A stretch of 64,000 nt of DNA from Candidatus Latescibacterota bacterium (GTDB taxonomy: Bacteria; Krumholzibacteriota; Krumholzibacteriia; WVZY01; JAKEHA01), in NCBI GenBank assembly GCA_963707635.1, contig OY970173.1, positions 2,368,001 to 2,432,000 on the forward strand, read 5' to 3'. The stretch's first letter is position 1. Each line of letters starts with the position of its first letter. Positions 39,402-49,521 of this stretch are shown in pieces. Position numbers and translations under genes: made by a program. The notes beneath the pieces were generated by a model, which worked only from the letters and a program-made list of their open reading frames with translations, did not search any database and was not told the origin of the DNA.

Positions 39402-40576
39402 CCCGCCTCCCCTCCGGCAATGCTGCGGTAGAGCGAGAGCATCTGCGCCACGATCACCTCGTCGGAATAGTCGGCTACCACGCGCTCGCGCGAGCGCCGG
39501 CCCATGCGCCGGCGCAGCTCTTCGTCGCCCGCGAGGCGCGCGATCGCGTCCGCGAGAGCGGGGACATCGTGGAGCGGAACCAGTATCCCATTGTCCCCGT
39601 CCCGGACGATCTCCCGGCAGCCCGGCACGTCGGTGGCGACGAGTGCGCGGCCGCAGGCGGCGGCTTCCAGAAGCGTGCGCGGCATTCCTTCCCGGTAGCT
39701 CGGCAGCACGCCGACGTGCGCGGCCCTCCACACCTCGAGCATGTCGTCGACGCGCGGCACCCACTCGACGATGCCCTCGTCGGCCCACGCGTTCAGTTCC
39801 CGCGCCGATATCGTCTCCGGGTTCTCGGGGTCCGGGTCGCCGACCAGCCGCACACGCACCGCGGCGTTACGCGCGCGCAACCGACGCGCCGCTTCCACCA
39901 GTTCGACGACTCCCTTGGAACGGATCAGCCGGCTGGCGAGCACCGCGGTTACGGGGCCGGGCGGCTCCGGCGCGGGCACGAAATGGCGCGCGTCGACCCC
40001 CGACCCTCGAATCAGGTGGACACGGTCGGCGGCGAAAAGGCGACCTCGGAGCACCTCGGCCTGGTCGTCCGGGTTCTGGACGACGAGGTGAGAGCGCGGA
40101 CTCGAGAGCACGCGGCGAAACACGGCGTGCACGAGAGCGCGCGCCACGCGTGCGCGCGCACGCGACGACGTGGACACCCAGCCGAACCCGGCCAGCGTGT
40201 GCACCTGCGGCGGACGCCCGGCACCCAGCGCCGCCAGCCCGCCATAGACGGCCGCCTTGACGCCCACGTGGTGCACGAGGTCGGGGGCGAGGCGCCGATA
40301 CAAGCCAACCAGCTGGACGAATGCCCGCGCCTCCGCGAAGGGATTGCGTGCGCCGCGTCGCCAGACCAGCGGGACGACGCGAAATCCCTCGCGCGCGATT
40401 CGCTCGCCGTGCGCCGCGACGCGGGTGGCGACCGTTACCTCCGCGCCCGCGGCGCGGGCGGCGCGGGCGAGTGCGAGCCGGTGCGACCAGAACATCCAGT
40501 CCTCGTTGACCACCAGCACGATGCGCAGCGGCGTTCCGTCCGCGCGCCGCAGCCCTTTCGCGAGCTCACGGGTCAT
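39398..40576 (-). CDS. GT4 family glycosyltransferase
   Basis: FWSHRLALA, IRGSGVD, SRLIRSKGV, PSYREGMPRTLLEAAACG, TDVPGCREIV. Confidence 0.92.
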   Translation of the reverse strand: MTRELAKGLRRADGTPLRIVLVVNEDWMFWSHRLALARAARAAGAEVTVATRVAAHGERIAREGFRVVPLVWRRGARNPFAEARAFVQLVGLYRRLAPDLVHHVGVKAAVYGGLAALGAGRPPQVHTLAGFGWVSTSSRARARVARALVHAVFRRVLSSPRSHLVVQNPDDQAEVLRGRLFAADRVHLIRGSGVDARHFVPAPEPPGPVTAVLASRLIRSKGVVELVEAARRLRARNAAVRVRLVGDPDPENPETISARELNAWADEGIVEWVPRVDDMLEVWRAAHVGVLPSYREGMPRTLLEAAACGRALVATDVPGCREIVRDGDNGILVPLHDVPALADAIARLAGDEELRRRMGRRSRERVVADYSDEVIVAQMLSLYRSIAGGEAG

Positions 40577-41633
40577 GCGCCACCGCCCGCCCCTCGGCAA
40601 CCGCGCGCAGGATGGCCACCAGACGCGGCCCGTAGGTCGCGAGGTTGTAGTGGGCCAGCACCCACTCGCGCGCGCGGCCCCCCATGCGTGCGCGCCGCTG
40701 TGCGTCGCCCACCAGTGCCACCAGCCGTTCCGTCCATTCATCGCCGGTGCGGGCGACAAAGCCGTTGTCGCCGTCGCGCACGATGTCGCCGACGCTGCCG
40801 GACGGCGACGACACCGTCGCCAGCCCCGTGCTCATGTACTGGAGGAGCTTGAGCGAACACTTTCCCATCGCCCATTCGTCGTCCCGCAGCGGCATCACGC
40901 CCACGTCGAAGCCGCGCAGCTCGTCCGCCTCCCGCTCGTACTCCCACGCCCGCGCCTCCAGCTCGATCCCGGCGGCGGCGAAGCGTTCGTCGCCGACGAC
41001 GCGCAGCACGAAGTCGGCGCGCGCCTGTGCGCGCGCGAGCGCCGGGACCGCGTCGGCGAGAAAGCGCGCCGTCTCCGGGCTTCCCATCCACCCCACCACC
41101 ACCGGCCCGGCCGCTGGGCGGGCGGCGCGCGGCGTGAAGCGCTCCGCGTCGACCACGGTCGGAAAGTGGACGGTGTGGGGGTTGAACGCGCGCGCGTAGT
41201 CGGCCAGCCAGCGGTTTCCGGCCAGGACCAGCGAGGCGCGCGCGATGGCAGTGGGGATCTTTCGCGCCAGCAGCGGACGCCCCCGGTACGGGAGGTGGAT
41301 CGCGTCGTCGATGTCCAGGATCACGCGCGCGCGGGCGATCGACAGCACCCATTCGACGATCGGGGGCGCCCACGGAAACAGTTCCTTCTGGACGAAGACG
41401 ACGTCGAAACGCCGCGACGCCAGCAGCACGCGCGCGCGATAGAGCGAGCGCGCCGCGAGATACCTGGGCCCCGGTCGCCACCCCGCAAACCGGGCGGCCA
41501 GGTAGCGATCGTCGAGCAGCGGTTCGAGCCGGTACTCGATGCCCGCGCGGTCGAGGTGGGGTAGAAACTGGACGACGCGATAGCGGCTGCTGGGACCGCC
41601 GGCGGCGTAGCGGGTGAGGAAGAGGACGCGCAC
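40566..41633 (-). CDS. GT4 family glycosyltransferase
   Basis: GPSSRYRVVQF, DIDDAI, GWMGS, GKCSLKLLQYM. Confidence 0.9.
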   Translation of the reverse strand: MRVLFLTRYAAGGPSSRYRVVQFLPHLDRAGIEYRLEPLLDDRYLAARFAGWRPGPRYLAARSLYRARVLLASRRFDVVFVQKELFPWAPPIVEWVLSIARARVILDIDDAIHLPYRGRPLLARKIPTAIARASLVLAGNRWLADYARAFNPHTVHFPTVVDAERFTPRAARPAAGPVVVGWMGSPETARFLADAVPALARAQARADFVLRVVGDERFAAAGIELEARAWEYEREADELRGFDVGVMPLRDDEWAMGKCSLKLLQYMSTGLATVSSPSGSVGDIVRDGDNGFVARTGDEWTERLVALVGDAQRRARMGGRAREWVLAHYNLATYGPRLVAILRAVAEGRAVAHDP

Positions 41634-41646
41634 GCGGCCTCGCCCG

Positions 41647-42243
41647 TCAGGGCGCGCCCGCGCCGCCGGGGCCGGCGAGCGCGCGCTCGACCATCTCGCA
41701 CAGGAGATGGATCACCAGCAGGTGGATCTCCTGCACGCGCGGCGTGTCCGTGTCCGGAACCCGGATCGCCAGCGTGCACGCCTCGGCGGCGCGACCCCCG
41801 CTTTCCCCGGTGAGCGCGATCGCGGCGGCGCCGGCCGCGCGGGCCGCGGCGCACGCGCGCACCACGTTCTCCGAGTTGCCGCTGGTGGAGAGCGCGAGCA
41901 GGCAGTCGCCGGGCCGGATCACCCCGGCGAGCTGGCGCGAAAACACCTCCGCGAATTCATAGTCGTTGGCGATCGAGGTCAGCGTGGCCGCGTTGTCGAC
42001 CAGCGACACGGCGCGCAACGCGCGCCGTTCGCGCTTGAACCGTCCCACCAGCTCGGCCACGAAGTGCGCCGCCTGCGACGCGCTGCCGCCGTTTCCGCAC
42101 GCGTACACCATCCCGCCGCCGCGGAGACAGGCCGTGATCGCGTCCGCCGCCTGCTCGATACGCCCCGCCAGAACCGCGGCTCGCTCGAGCGACTGCGCGC
42201 GCGCGGCGAAGGCGGCGCGAATATCGTCGCCGGTCGCGCTCAC
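41647..42243 (-). CDS. gmhA: Phosphoheptose isomerase (SIS domain)
   Basis: CGNGGSASQAAHF..ELVGRF, IANDY, STSGNSENV, PRVQEIH. Confidence 0.92.
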   Translation of the reverse strand: MSATGDDIRAAFAARAQSLERAAVLAGRIEQAADAITACLRGGGMVYACGNGGSASQAAHFVAELVGRFKRERRALRAVSLVDNAATLTSIANDYEFAEVFSRQLAGVIRPGDCLLALSTSGNSENVVRACAAARAAGAAAIALTGESGGRAAEACTLAIRVPDTDTPRVQEIHLLVIHLLCEMVERALAGPGGAGAP

Positions 42244-43304
42244 AGCACCGTGATCTCGCTGTTGTCCCCGACCATCAGGCGGTAGGCGCGGGGCGGCTTG
42301 GTGCCGCGGCGCACGACGACGTTCTTGCCGATGAGGCTGTCGCTCATGCGGCTCCCGATATCGAGAATTGTGCAGTGCTCGAGGATGATGCTGTTCTCCA
42401 CCTCGCTGCTCTCGATGTGCGAGCCGGGTCCGATGCTGGTAAAGGGACCCACGTAGGCATTGATGATGCGCGAGCCCCGCCCGATGATGCACGGGCCGCG
42501 CAGAATGCTCCCGCGCACCTCGACGTCGTCGTCGAGGTGGACGTGGCCGTGGATCTCCGAGTCCTCCAGCTGCTTCGACTCGACGCGCGTCGCCATCCCG
42601 GTGAGCACCATCCGGTTGGCGTCGAGCATGTCCTCCAGCTTGCCGGTGTCCTTCCACCAGCCCTCGACGATGTGGGACTGGACGTGGTAGCCGTGCTCGA
42701 TCAGGTACTGGATGGCGTCGGTGATCTCGAGCTCGCCCCGCCCGCTGGGCTTGATCTTGTCGGTGGCTTCGAAGATCGAGGTCGTGAACATGTACACCCC
42801 CACCAGCGCGTAGTCGCTCTTGGGCCGCTTCGGCTTCTCCTCGAGGCCGACCACGCGGTCGCCCTTGAGCTCCGCGACGCCGAAGTCGCTCGGGTTCTTG
42901 ACCCGGGTCAGCAGAATCTGCGCGTCGTACTTGCCGCGCGTGAATTCGTCGACGAAATTCTTGATGCCGCCCGAGAGCAGGTTGTCGCCCAGGTACATGA
43001 CGAACGGGTCTTCCCCCATGTAGTCGCGCGATATCTTGACCGCGTGCGCGAGGCCGAGCGGCGCCTCCTGGCGAATGTATTGCACGCGCGCGCCGAACTG
43101 CGACCCGTCCCCCACCGCCTGTTTCACTTCGTCCGCGGTGTCGCCCACGATGATCGCGATGTCCTCGATGCCCGCCGCGCGGATCGCCTCGATGCCGTAG
43201 AAGAGGATCGGCTTGTTCGCGATCGGCACCAGCTGCTTGGCGCTGGTGTGGGTGATCGGGCGCAGCCGGGTGCCTTTGCCGCCGGCGAGGATCAATGCTT
43301 TGAT
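42240..43304 (-). CDS. Glucose-1-phosphate thymidylyltransferase (long form); probable ATC start
   Basis: (I)KALILAGGKGTRLRPITHTSAKQLVPIANKP, EEKP, KPSGRGELEITDA, WWKDTG; GGGAGG RBS precedes the ATC at 43304. Confidence 0.92.
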   Translation of the reverse strand: MKALILAGGKGTRLRPITHTSAKQLVPIANKPILFYGIEAIRAAGIEDIAIIVGDTADEVKQAVGDGSQFGARVQYIRQEAPLGLAHAVKISRDYMGEDPFVMYLGDNLLSGGIKNFVDEFTRGKYDAQILLTRVKNPSDFGVAELKGDRVVGLEEKPKRPKSDYALVGVYMFTTSIFEATDKIKPSGRGELEITDAIQYLIEHGYHVQSHIVEGWWKDTGKLEDMLDANRMVLTGMATRVESKQLEDSEIHGHVHLDDDVEVRGSILRGPCIIGRGSRIINAYVGPFTSIGPGSHIESSEVENSIILEHCTILDIGSRMSDSLIGKNVVVRRGTKPPRAYRLMVGDNSEITVL

Positions 43305-43334
43305 GGTCGGTCCCTCCCTCGGGAACGGTCGGGG

Positions 43335-44834
43335 TCAGTCCTTGATGACGGCGTACACGGACAGGAACAGGCTGGTCAGCGTCACCGCACCGATGAACAG
43401 GTTGCCCAGGATCACGCCCGTGCGCCGTTTGACCAGGATCGTCTCGCCGCGGTACACGACGCTGTCGTGGTTGCCCGAGCGCGTGTGACCGTGGTTGTCG
43501 TAGATCTCGAGCTTGTTGATGCTGCCGCGGTCGCCCGGTCCGCCCGCCATGGCGATGTAACGCCCCGCGGGCAGACCGCGCTGGAATTCGATCGGCCCCG
43601 GGTCGACCACTTCGCCGGAAACGAACACCACGTCGTCGAGCCGCGGGATGTTGATCACGTCGCCCGACAGGAGTGCGATGCTCGTCGTGGTGTCGCCCTC
43701 GACCAGCCGGGAGAGGTCCACCGGGATGAACTCTGCGCTGCCGTCGGACTTGATGCGCTCGATGCGCGAGTTGGCGAGGTCGTGGTCGTTGCGCAAGCGG
43801 ATGAACCGGGGCAGGAATGACGCGATCGTCTCGCCCGGCTCCAGATAGATGCGCCCGTCGCGCCCGCCACCGCCCTGCACGCGCACGAAGTCGATCCCGG
43901 GAAAACTGCGCAGGTCGGGAACGACAATCACGTCGCGGTCGCGCACGGTGGTCGTGCGGGCGCCGGCTTCGTCCAGCGCGATGATCGAAACGTCGCCGCT
44001 GTCGCTCACGCGCTCGAGCACGAGCCGGCCGAGATCCGCGTTGGTGGTGAACCCGCCGCCCAGATTGATCAGGTCCATCAGGGTCTCGCCCTCCACGATC
44101 TCGTAGACCTCGGTGCGCCACACTTCGCCCGCCACCTCCGCCGTCGCGCCGCGCGACGGCACGAACACGCTCTGTCCCTCGTGCAGCATCGGGTTCTGCG
44201 TCAGGTCGCCGAGCCGCTGGAACTTCAGCAGGTCGTAGCGCGCAACCGTGCCGTCGTTCACCCGGACCTCGACCTTGCGCTGGGACCCGGTCCCGAGCGC
44301 TCCACCCGCCGCCCGGATCACGCTGTCGAGGCGAAACGGAGCCGAGAGCTCGACCGGTCCCGGGTTGCGAATGCCGCCCAGCACGTAGACCACGAAGGTG
44401 CGCGGGATCACCAGCTCGACGTACACTTCGCCGGAGCGATAGAACGACCCGAGTGATTTCGATAGCTCGGCCCGAAACGCCGTGATCGTCAGTCCCGCCG
44501 CCCGGACGAGTCCGGCGTTGGGCACGAGCACGGTTCCCTCCGGCAGCACGCGCAGCGGGACTTCGGTCCCGGCCGCCTTCATGAACAGCACGAACTGGTC
44601 GCCTGGCCCGATCACGTACTGGTCGGGGTTGATCGGCGCATCCAAACCTTTGGGCACCAGCGCCAGCGCGGCCGCCGCCGAGTCGGCCGCTGTCACGCCC
44701 GGCGTTGTCGATGTCGACGGCGCCTGCCGAAACGGATCCCGTGTGCGGCGCGGCGTCGTGAACATCTGCGCCGGCGCGGCGGTGGTAACGACCATCACCA
44801 GAATCATCATCGAAGCGGTCACCCGAAACAGCAT
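43335..44834 (-). CDS. Polysaccharide export protein with SLBB repeats (Wza/KpsD-like)
   Basis: Signal peptide, YVIGPGD, repeated V.V.GEV..PG / AGG SLBB units, C-terminal hydrophobic helix. Confidence 0.88.
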   Translation of the reverse strand: MLFRVTASMMILVMVVTTAAPAQMFTTPRRTRDPFRQAPSTSTTPGVTAADSAAAALALVPKGLDAPINPDQYVIGPGDQFVLFMKAAGTEVPLRVLPEGTVLVPNAGLVRAAGLTITAFRAELSKSLGSFYRSGEVYVELVIPRTFVVYVLGGIRNPGPVELSAPFRLDSVIRAAGGALGTGSQRKVEVRVNDGTVARYDLLKFQRLGDLTQNPMLHEGQSVFVPSRGATAEVAGEVWRTEVYEIVEGETLMDLINLGGGFTTNADLGRLVLERVSDSGDVSIIALDEAGARTTTVRDRDVIVVPDLRSFPGIDFVRVQGGGGRDGRIYLEPGETIASFLPRFIRLRNDHDLANSRIERIKSDGSAEFIPVDLSRLVEGDTTTSIALLSGDVINIPRLDDVVFVSGEVVDPGPIEFQRGLPAGRYIAMAGGPGDRGSINKLEIYDNHGHTRSGNHDSVVYRGETILVKRRTGVILGNLFIGAVTLTSLFLSVYAVIKD

Positions 44835-44857
44835 GTCGACCTCTCGAATAGGGGGAG

Positions 44858-47545
44858 CTACGCGGCTTCGAGCGCCGCTTTCAGGAACGCGCGCACCCGG
44901 CCGAATTCCGACACGTTGGGGATTCCGAACTGGGCCATGTGTGGCTTGCCGCCGCCGCGGTATCCCAGCCCCTCCGCGACCCGTTTCGCCAGGTCGTCGG
45001 CCCGGACCCCCCGCTCATTTATAGCAGAGTCGCTGGAGACTAACAAACAGACCGGTTTCTCGACTCCCGATTGACACACCAGCGCCACACCGAGTCCGAT
45101 CTTCCCGCGCAGCGCGTCTCCGTAGGTGCGCAGGGCATTCACGTCCGGGGCCTCCACCGTGGTTGCGACGAAGCGGATACCGCCCACGTCCTCGCCGGCC
45201 GAGAGCGCTTCCACCGCTTCCGATTGCGCCCGGCGGGCGTCGTCCTTCTTGCGTTCGCGCTGCAGTGCTTCGTGCTCGTCGAGCAGCGCGCGGACCCGTT
45301 TCTCCACCTCGGCGGGCGCGACCCGCAGCAGCGCCGCCACCTGGTTCCACTCGCCCAGCGCGCGCCGCGCGCTGTCGAGCGCCACCGTGCCGGTGATCGC
45401 CTCCACCCGGCGCACGCCCGAGGCCACCGCGGCCTCCTGCCGGATGAAGAACGCTCCGATCTCGCCGGTGCGCTTGAGGTGGGTTCCTCCGCAGAGCTCT
45501 TTCGAAAAACCTTCGATGGACACGACCCGGACCACGTCGCCGTATTTCTCGCCGAAGAGCGCCATCGCGCCGGTCTTCATCGCCTCCGCGTACGGCAAAT
45601 TGGCGGTGGTGACCGCCAGGTCTTCCATCACCTTCTCGTTCACCAGCCGCTCCACCTCCGCCACCTCGTCGGGCTTCATGGCCTGGAAATGGTGGAAGTC
45701 GAAACGCATCCGGTCGGGCGCCACCAGCGAGCCGGCCTGCGCCACGTGGTCGCCGAGCACCTTGCGCAGCGCGGCGTGGACCAGGTGGGTCGCGGTGTGG
45801 TTACGCATGGTCGCGAAGCGGCGTTCGCGATCGACGTGGAGGCGTCCCATGGGCCGGTCGGAGATGCCCTTGCTTACCTGCGTGAGCATGTCGTCCGCGA
45901 CTCGCGCAAGGTGGGCAATACGTTCGCCGGAACGATACGCGTCGACGACGTCCAGTTTGCTCTCAGCAAACGACACGGAGCCGGCGTCGCCCACCTGACC
46001 CCCGCCTTCGGGATAAAACACGGAACGGTCGGTCGTGAACTCGACGAAAGGTCCGTCTGTCCCCTGGCGTGCCACGCGATCCGGTCGCGCCGAACCCAGC
46101 GTCACCACCTCCGCGTCACAGTCCAGCGCGTCGTAGCCCAAGAACTCGGTGCGCGGCACGTCGCGAAACACGACCTCCCCGCGGAATGCCTCGGTGAAGG
46201 TCACCTTCTCGTCGACGCGATGAAAGCTCGCCCCCCGCGCGCGTTCCTTCTGTTCCTTCATCGCCTGCTCGAAGCCTTTGGTGTCGATTTCGAGCCCGCG
46301 GTCCTGCGCCATTTCGCTCGTCAACTCGGGCGGGAAGCCGAAGGTGTCGTACAGTTGAAACACGTCCGCTCCGGCCACCCGCTTCGATCGCCTGGCCGCG
46401 TCGAAGAGGACCTCGAGGCGGTTCATCCCCAGCTCGAGCGTGTCGAGGAAGCGCGTCTCCTCCGCGGTGATGACTTCCCTGACCAGTGACGCGCGCGGGG
46501 CCAGCTCGGGGTAGCGCGGGCCCATCGCTTTCACCACCGCGTCCACCGCGCGCGCCAGAAACGGTTCGCGCACGCCGAACGGGTGCATCTTGGTGAGCGC
46601 GCGCCGCAGGAGGCGCCGCAGCACGTAGCCGCGCCCGTCGTTGGACGGCATGATTCCCTCCGCGAGCGCGAAGGTCAGCGCGCGGACGTGGTCCGAGGCG
46701 GCGTTGATCGCCAGCGCGGCTTTCGCCGCGTCCGCGCCGCGCGGGAGCGCCGCCGCGATCGCGCTGCGGATGGGGAGAAACTCGTCGGTGTGAAAATTGT
46801 CCTCGGCGCCCTGCAGGATGAACGCGAGGCGTTCGAGCCCGAGCCCGGTGTCGATACCCGGCTTCGGGAGCGGGTCGTAGACGCCCTGGTCGGTATAAAA
46901 GAACTGGGGAAATACCAGATTCCAGTACTCGATGTAGCGATCGTTGTCGTCGTGGTGGCCGGGGCCCCCGTCCGGGCCGGGACGCCCGGTGTCGTAGTGC
47001 AGCTCCGACGACGGGCCGCACACCCCGGTGTCCCCCACCGGGCCCCAGAAGTTGTCTTTTCTGCCCAGCCGCTTGATGCGCGCCTTCGGGAAACCGATGT
47101 GCGCAGACCACAGCTCGAACGCCTCGTCGTCGTTCTCGAAGATCGTGACCCAGATGCGCTCGCGGTCGAGCTTCCACACGTCGATCGACAGCTCCCACCC
47201 CCACTCGATCGCCTCGCGCTTGAAATAGTCTCCGAACGAGAAATTTCCCAGCATCTCGAAGAAGGTGTGGTGACGCAGCGTCCGGCCCACGTTCTCGAGG
47301 TCGCTCTGCTTGCCGCCGGCGCGCAGACACTTCTGCACGCTGGCCGCGCGGCGGTACGGCGCCCGCGACGGATCGCGGTAGTACGCCTTGAACGGGACCA
47401 TCCCCGCCGCGGTGAACAGGAGCGTCGGGTCCTCGGGCAACAGCGGCGCGCTCGGCACGACGGTATGGCCGCGGGACTCGAAGAACGAGAGATAGTCCTT
47501 CACCAGCCGCGCGACCGCGTAGCGATTCTTCGTTTCATTCACCAT
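44858..47545 (-). CDS. alaS: Alanine-tRNA ligase
   Basis: DPTLLFTAAGMVPFK, RHHTFFEMLGNFSFGDYFK, NHTATH, ELCGGTH, GGGKPHMAQ. Confidence 0.98.
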   Translation of the reverse strand: MVNETKNRYAVARLVKDYLSFFESRGHTVVPSAPLLPEDPTLLFTAAGMVPFKAYYRDPSRAPYRRAASVQKCLRAGGKQSDLENVGRTLRHHTFFEMLGNFSFGDYFKREAIEWGWELSIDVWKLDRERIWVTIFENDDEAFELWSAHIGFPKARIKRLGRKDNFWGPVGDTGVCGPSSELHYDTGRPGPDGGPGHHDDNDRYIEYWNLVFPQFFYTDQGVYDPLPKPGIDTGLGLERLAFILQGAEDNFHTDEFLPIRSAIAAALPRGADAAKAALAINAASDHVRALTFALAEGIMPSNDGRGYVLRRLLRRALTKMHPFGVREPFLARAVDAVVKAMGPRYPELAPRASLVREVITAEETRFLDTLELGMNRLEVLFDAARRSKRVAGADVFQLYDTFGFPPELTSEMAQDRGLEIDTKGFEQAMKEQKERARGASFHRVDEKVTFTEAFRGEVVFRDVPRTEFLGYDALDCDAEVVTLGSARPDRVARQGTDGPFVEFTTDRSVFYPEGGGQVGDAGSVSFAESKLDVVDAYRSGERIAHLARVADDMLTQVSKGISDRPMGRLHVDRERRFATMRNHTATHLVHAALRKVLGDHVAQAGSLVAPDRMRFDFHHFQAMKPDEVAEVERLVNEKVMEDLAVTTANLPYAEAMKTGAMALFGEKYGDVVRVVSIEGFSKELCGGTHLKRTGEIGAFFIRQEAAVASGVRRVEAITGTVALDSARRALGEWNQVAALLRVAPAEVEKRVRALLDEHEALQRERKKDDARRAQSEAVEALSAGEDVGGIRFVATTVEAPDVNALRTYGDALRGKIGLGVALVCQSGVEKPVCLLVSSDSAINERGVRADDLAKRVAEGLGYRGGGKPHMAQFGIPNVSEFGRVRAFLKAALEAA
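45018..45046 (-). promoter_or_regulatory. Internal sigma70-like promoter in the alaS 3' end (for the polysaccharide operon)
   Basis: TTGTTA-N17-TATAAA with extended TG, built from AT-rich codons that are rare elsewhere in the window. Confidence 0.5.
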
Positions 47546-47553
47546 TGCTTCGG

Positions 47554-48210
47554 TCAGTCCCTCGCGGCGTCGGGCGCTTCGTCGGCGTCGTCGCGCTTCA
47601 CCCGGCGCGCGAGGTCGTAGCCCACGCGGTTGACCACCGCGAAATCGTAGCCCTTGCGCGCGAGCATTCCCATGATCCGGCGCACGGTCTTCTCGTTCAC
47701 CCCGCCCGCGCCCACCTGTCGCTCGGCCAGGGCGCGCGCCATGGCTTCCTGCTCGTCGGCCGAGAACGCGTGCAGCGCGCCGTCGACGACGTCCCGGCTC
47801 ACCCCGAGCTTCTTCAGGTCGGAGCGGAGCCGGTGCGGCCCCAGCCGCCGCACGTCTTTCTTGACGGAAACGAATTCGCGGGCGAAGCGCGCGTCGTCGA
47901 CGAGTCCGGACTCCTCGAGTTCGGCCAGGAGGCCGCGCCGCACCGCGTCGGACAACCCGAGCGCGCGCAGCGCGTCGTCGACCTCGCGGCGCGAGCGGGC
48001 GCGGATCGCGAGCATGCGCATGGCCTTGTCGCGCCCGCGCAGGCTCTGGTCGATGCCGTCCAGCCGTGCGATGTCCTCGTCGGACAACTCGGCCCCGACC
48101 GCCAGCGCCGCCGCCGCTTCCTCCGGAATGGCAAAAAACCGCCCCCCGGAGAGTCGGATGACCACTCGGTCCCGGGGGCGCGGTTTTCGCTCGACGATGT
48201 GCTCGGACAT
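47554..48210 (-). CDS. recX: Regulatory protein RecX
   Basis: AMRMLAIRARSRREV, GLVDDARFA, GPHRLRSDLKKLGV, LARKGYD; follows recA. Confidence 0.9.
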   Translation of the reverse strand: MSEHIVERKPRPRDRVVIRLSGGRFFAIPEEAAAALAVGAELSDEDIARLDGIDQSLRGRDKAMRMLAIRARSRREVDDALRALGLSDAVRRGLLAELEESGLVDDARFAREFVSVKKDVRRLGPHRLRSDLKKLGVSRDVVDGALHAFSADEQEAMARALAERQVGAGGVNEKTVRRIMGMLARKGYDFAVVNRVGYDLARRVKRDDADEAPDAARD

Positions 48211-49374
48211 CTACGTTCGCGCGCGAACGACACCCGGCTTCCGGCGCGGGTTGGCCGACAGCGCGTCTCCACCGCCGCCTTCCGACGGATCCACCGTGAC
48301 GGCGGCCGCCAGCGCCTCGGTGGTAGCCGCGCCCGCAACCGCCGGCGCAGGCTTGGCGTCCACGTCGAAGTGGCTGCGGATCCGGTCGGCGATCTCGGTG
48401 GCGATCGCGGGGTGTTCCTTCAGGAACCGGCGCGCCGCCTCCTTGCCCTGCCCCAGGCGCTCGTCGCCGTAGGCGAACCAGGTCCCGCTCTTCTTGACGA
48501 TGTCGACGCTCGCGCCGATGTCGACGATGTCGCCTTCCAGGCTGATGCCTTCGCCGTAGATGATGTCGAACTCGCAGGTGCGAAACGGCGCCGCCACCTT
48601 GTTCTTCACGACCTTCACCTTGGTGCGGCTCCCGGAGACGACCTCGCCTTCCTTGATGGCCGCGATGCGGCGAATGTCCATGCGGACGCTGGAGTAGAAC
48701 TTGAGCGCGTTGCCGCCCGACGTCGTCTCGGGGTTTCCGAACATGACGCCGATCTTCATGCGAATCTGGTTGGTGAAGATCAAGCAGGTCTTGGTCTTGC
48801 TGACCGTGCCGGTGAGCTTACGCAGCGCCTGCGACATGAGCCGCGCCTGCAGCCCCACGTGCTGGTCGCCCATTTCGCCGTTGATCTCGGCCTGCGGCAC
48901 CAGCGCCGCCACCGAGTCGACGACGATCACGTCGAGCGCACCGCTGCGGATCAGGACCTCGGCGATCTCGAGCGCCTGCTCGCCCGTATCGGGCTGCGAG
49001 ATGAGGAGATTGTCGATGTCGAGGCCGATCTTCTTGGCGTAGCCGACGTCGAACGCGTGCTCGGCGTCGATGAACGCCGCCAGGCCGCCGCGGCGCTGGG
49101 CGTTGGCGATGATCGAACACGTGAGCGTGGTCTTGCCGGACCCTTCCGGCCCGAAGATCTCGACGATGCGTCCCCGCGGCACCCCGCCCACGCCGAGTGC
49201 GAGGTCGAGCGCCAGGCTCCCGGTCGGGATGATCTCGACCGGCACGACGGCGTAGTTGGCACCCAGGCGCATGATCGACCCCTGACCGAACTGCTTTTCG
49301 ATCTGCTGCACGGCGAGTTCGATCGCCTTGCCTTTTTCTTCCGACGTCCCCGTTGTCTGTGGTCTGGTTGACAT
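48211..49374 (-). CDS. recA: Recombinase RecA
   Basis: [57 protein letters not shown]. Confidence 0.98.
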   Translation of the reverse strand: MSTRPQTTGTSEEKGKAIELAVQQIEKQFGQGSIMRLGANYAVVPVEIIPTGSLALDLALGVGGVPRGRIVEIFGPEGSGKTTLTCSIIANAQRRGGLAAFIDAEHAFDVGYAKKIGLDIDNLLISQPDTGEQALEIAEVLIRSGALDVIVVDSVAALVPQAEINGEMGDQHVGLQARLMSQALRKLTGTVSKTKTCLIFTNQIRMKIGVMFGNPETTSGGNALKFYSSVRMDIRRIAAIKEGEVVSGSRTKVKVVKNKVAAPFRTCEFDIIYGEGISLEGDIVDIGASVDIVKKSGTWFAYGDERLGQGKEAARRFLKEHPAIATEIADRIRSHFDVDAKPAPAVAGAATTEALAAAVTVDPSEGGGGDALSANPRRKPGVVRART

Positions 49375-49460
49375 TATCGTCTCCCTTGCAAATACTCGAG
49401 TGGCTGGCCCATCCCATCCGCACCGCGCCCCCGCGTCCAGCCGCTCGCGGGGCGCATCAA

Positions 49461-49474
49461 CAAATATGTGTTCC
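49461..49474. promoter_or_regulatory. Candidate Gram-positive-type LexA (Cheo) box upstream of recA
   Basis: CAAATATGTGTTCC approximates GAAC-N4-GTTC; AT-rich island just downstream of the predicted -10. Confidence 0.55.
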
Positions 49475-49491
49475 GACCAACGTGCAGCCGG

Positions 49492-49521
49492 ATACTAGCA
49501 CGGGGTTTCACGGCAAGGCAA
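49492..49521 (-). promoter_or_regulatory. Putative recA promoter
   Basis: TTGCCT-N18-TAGTAT with extended TG. Confidence 0.55.
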
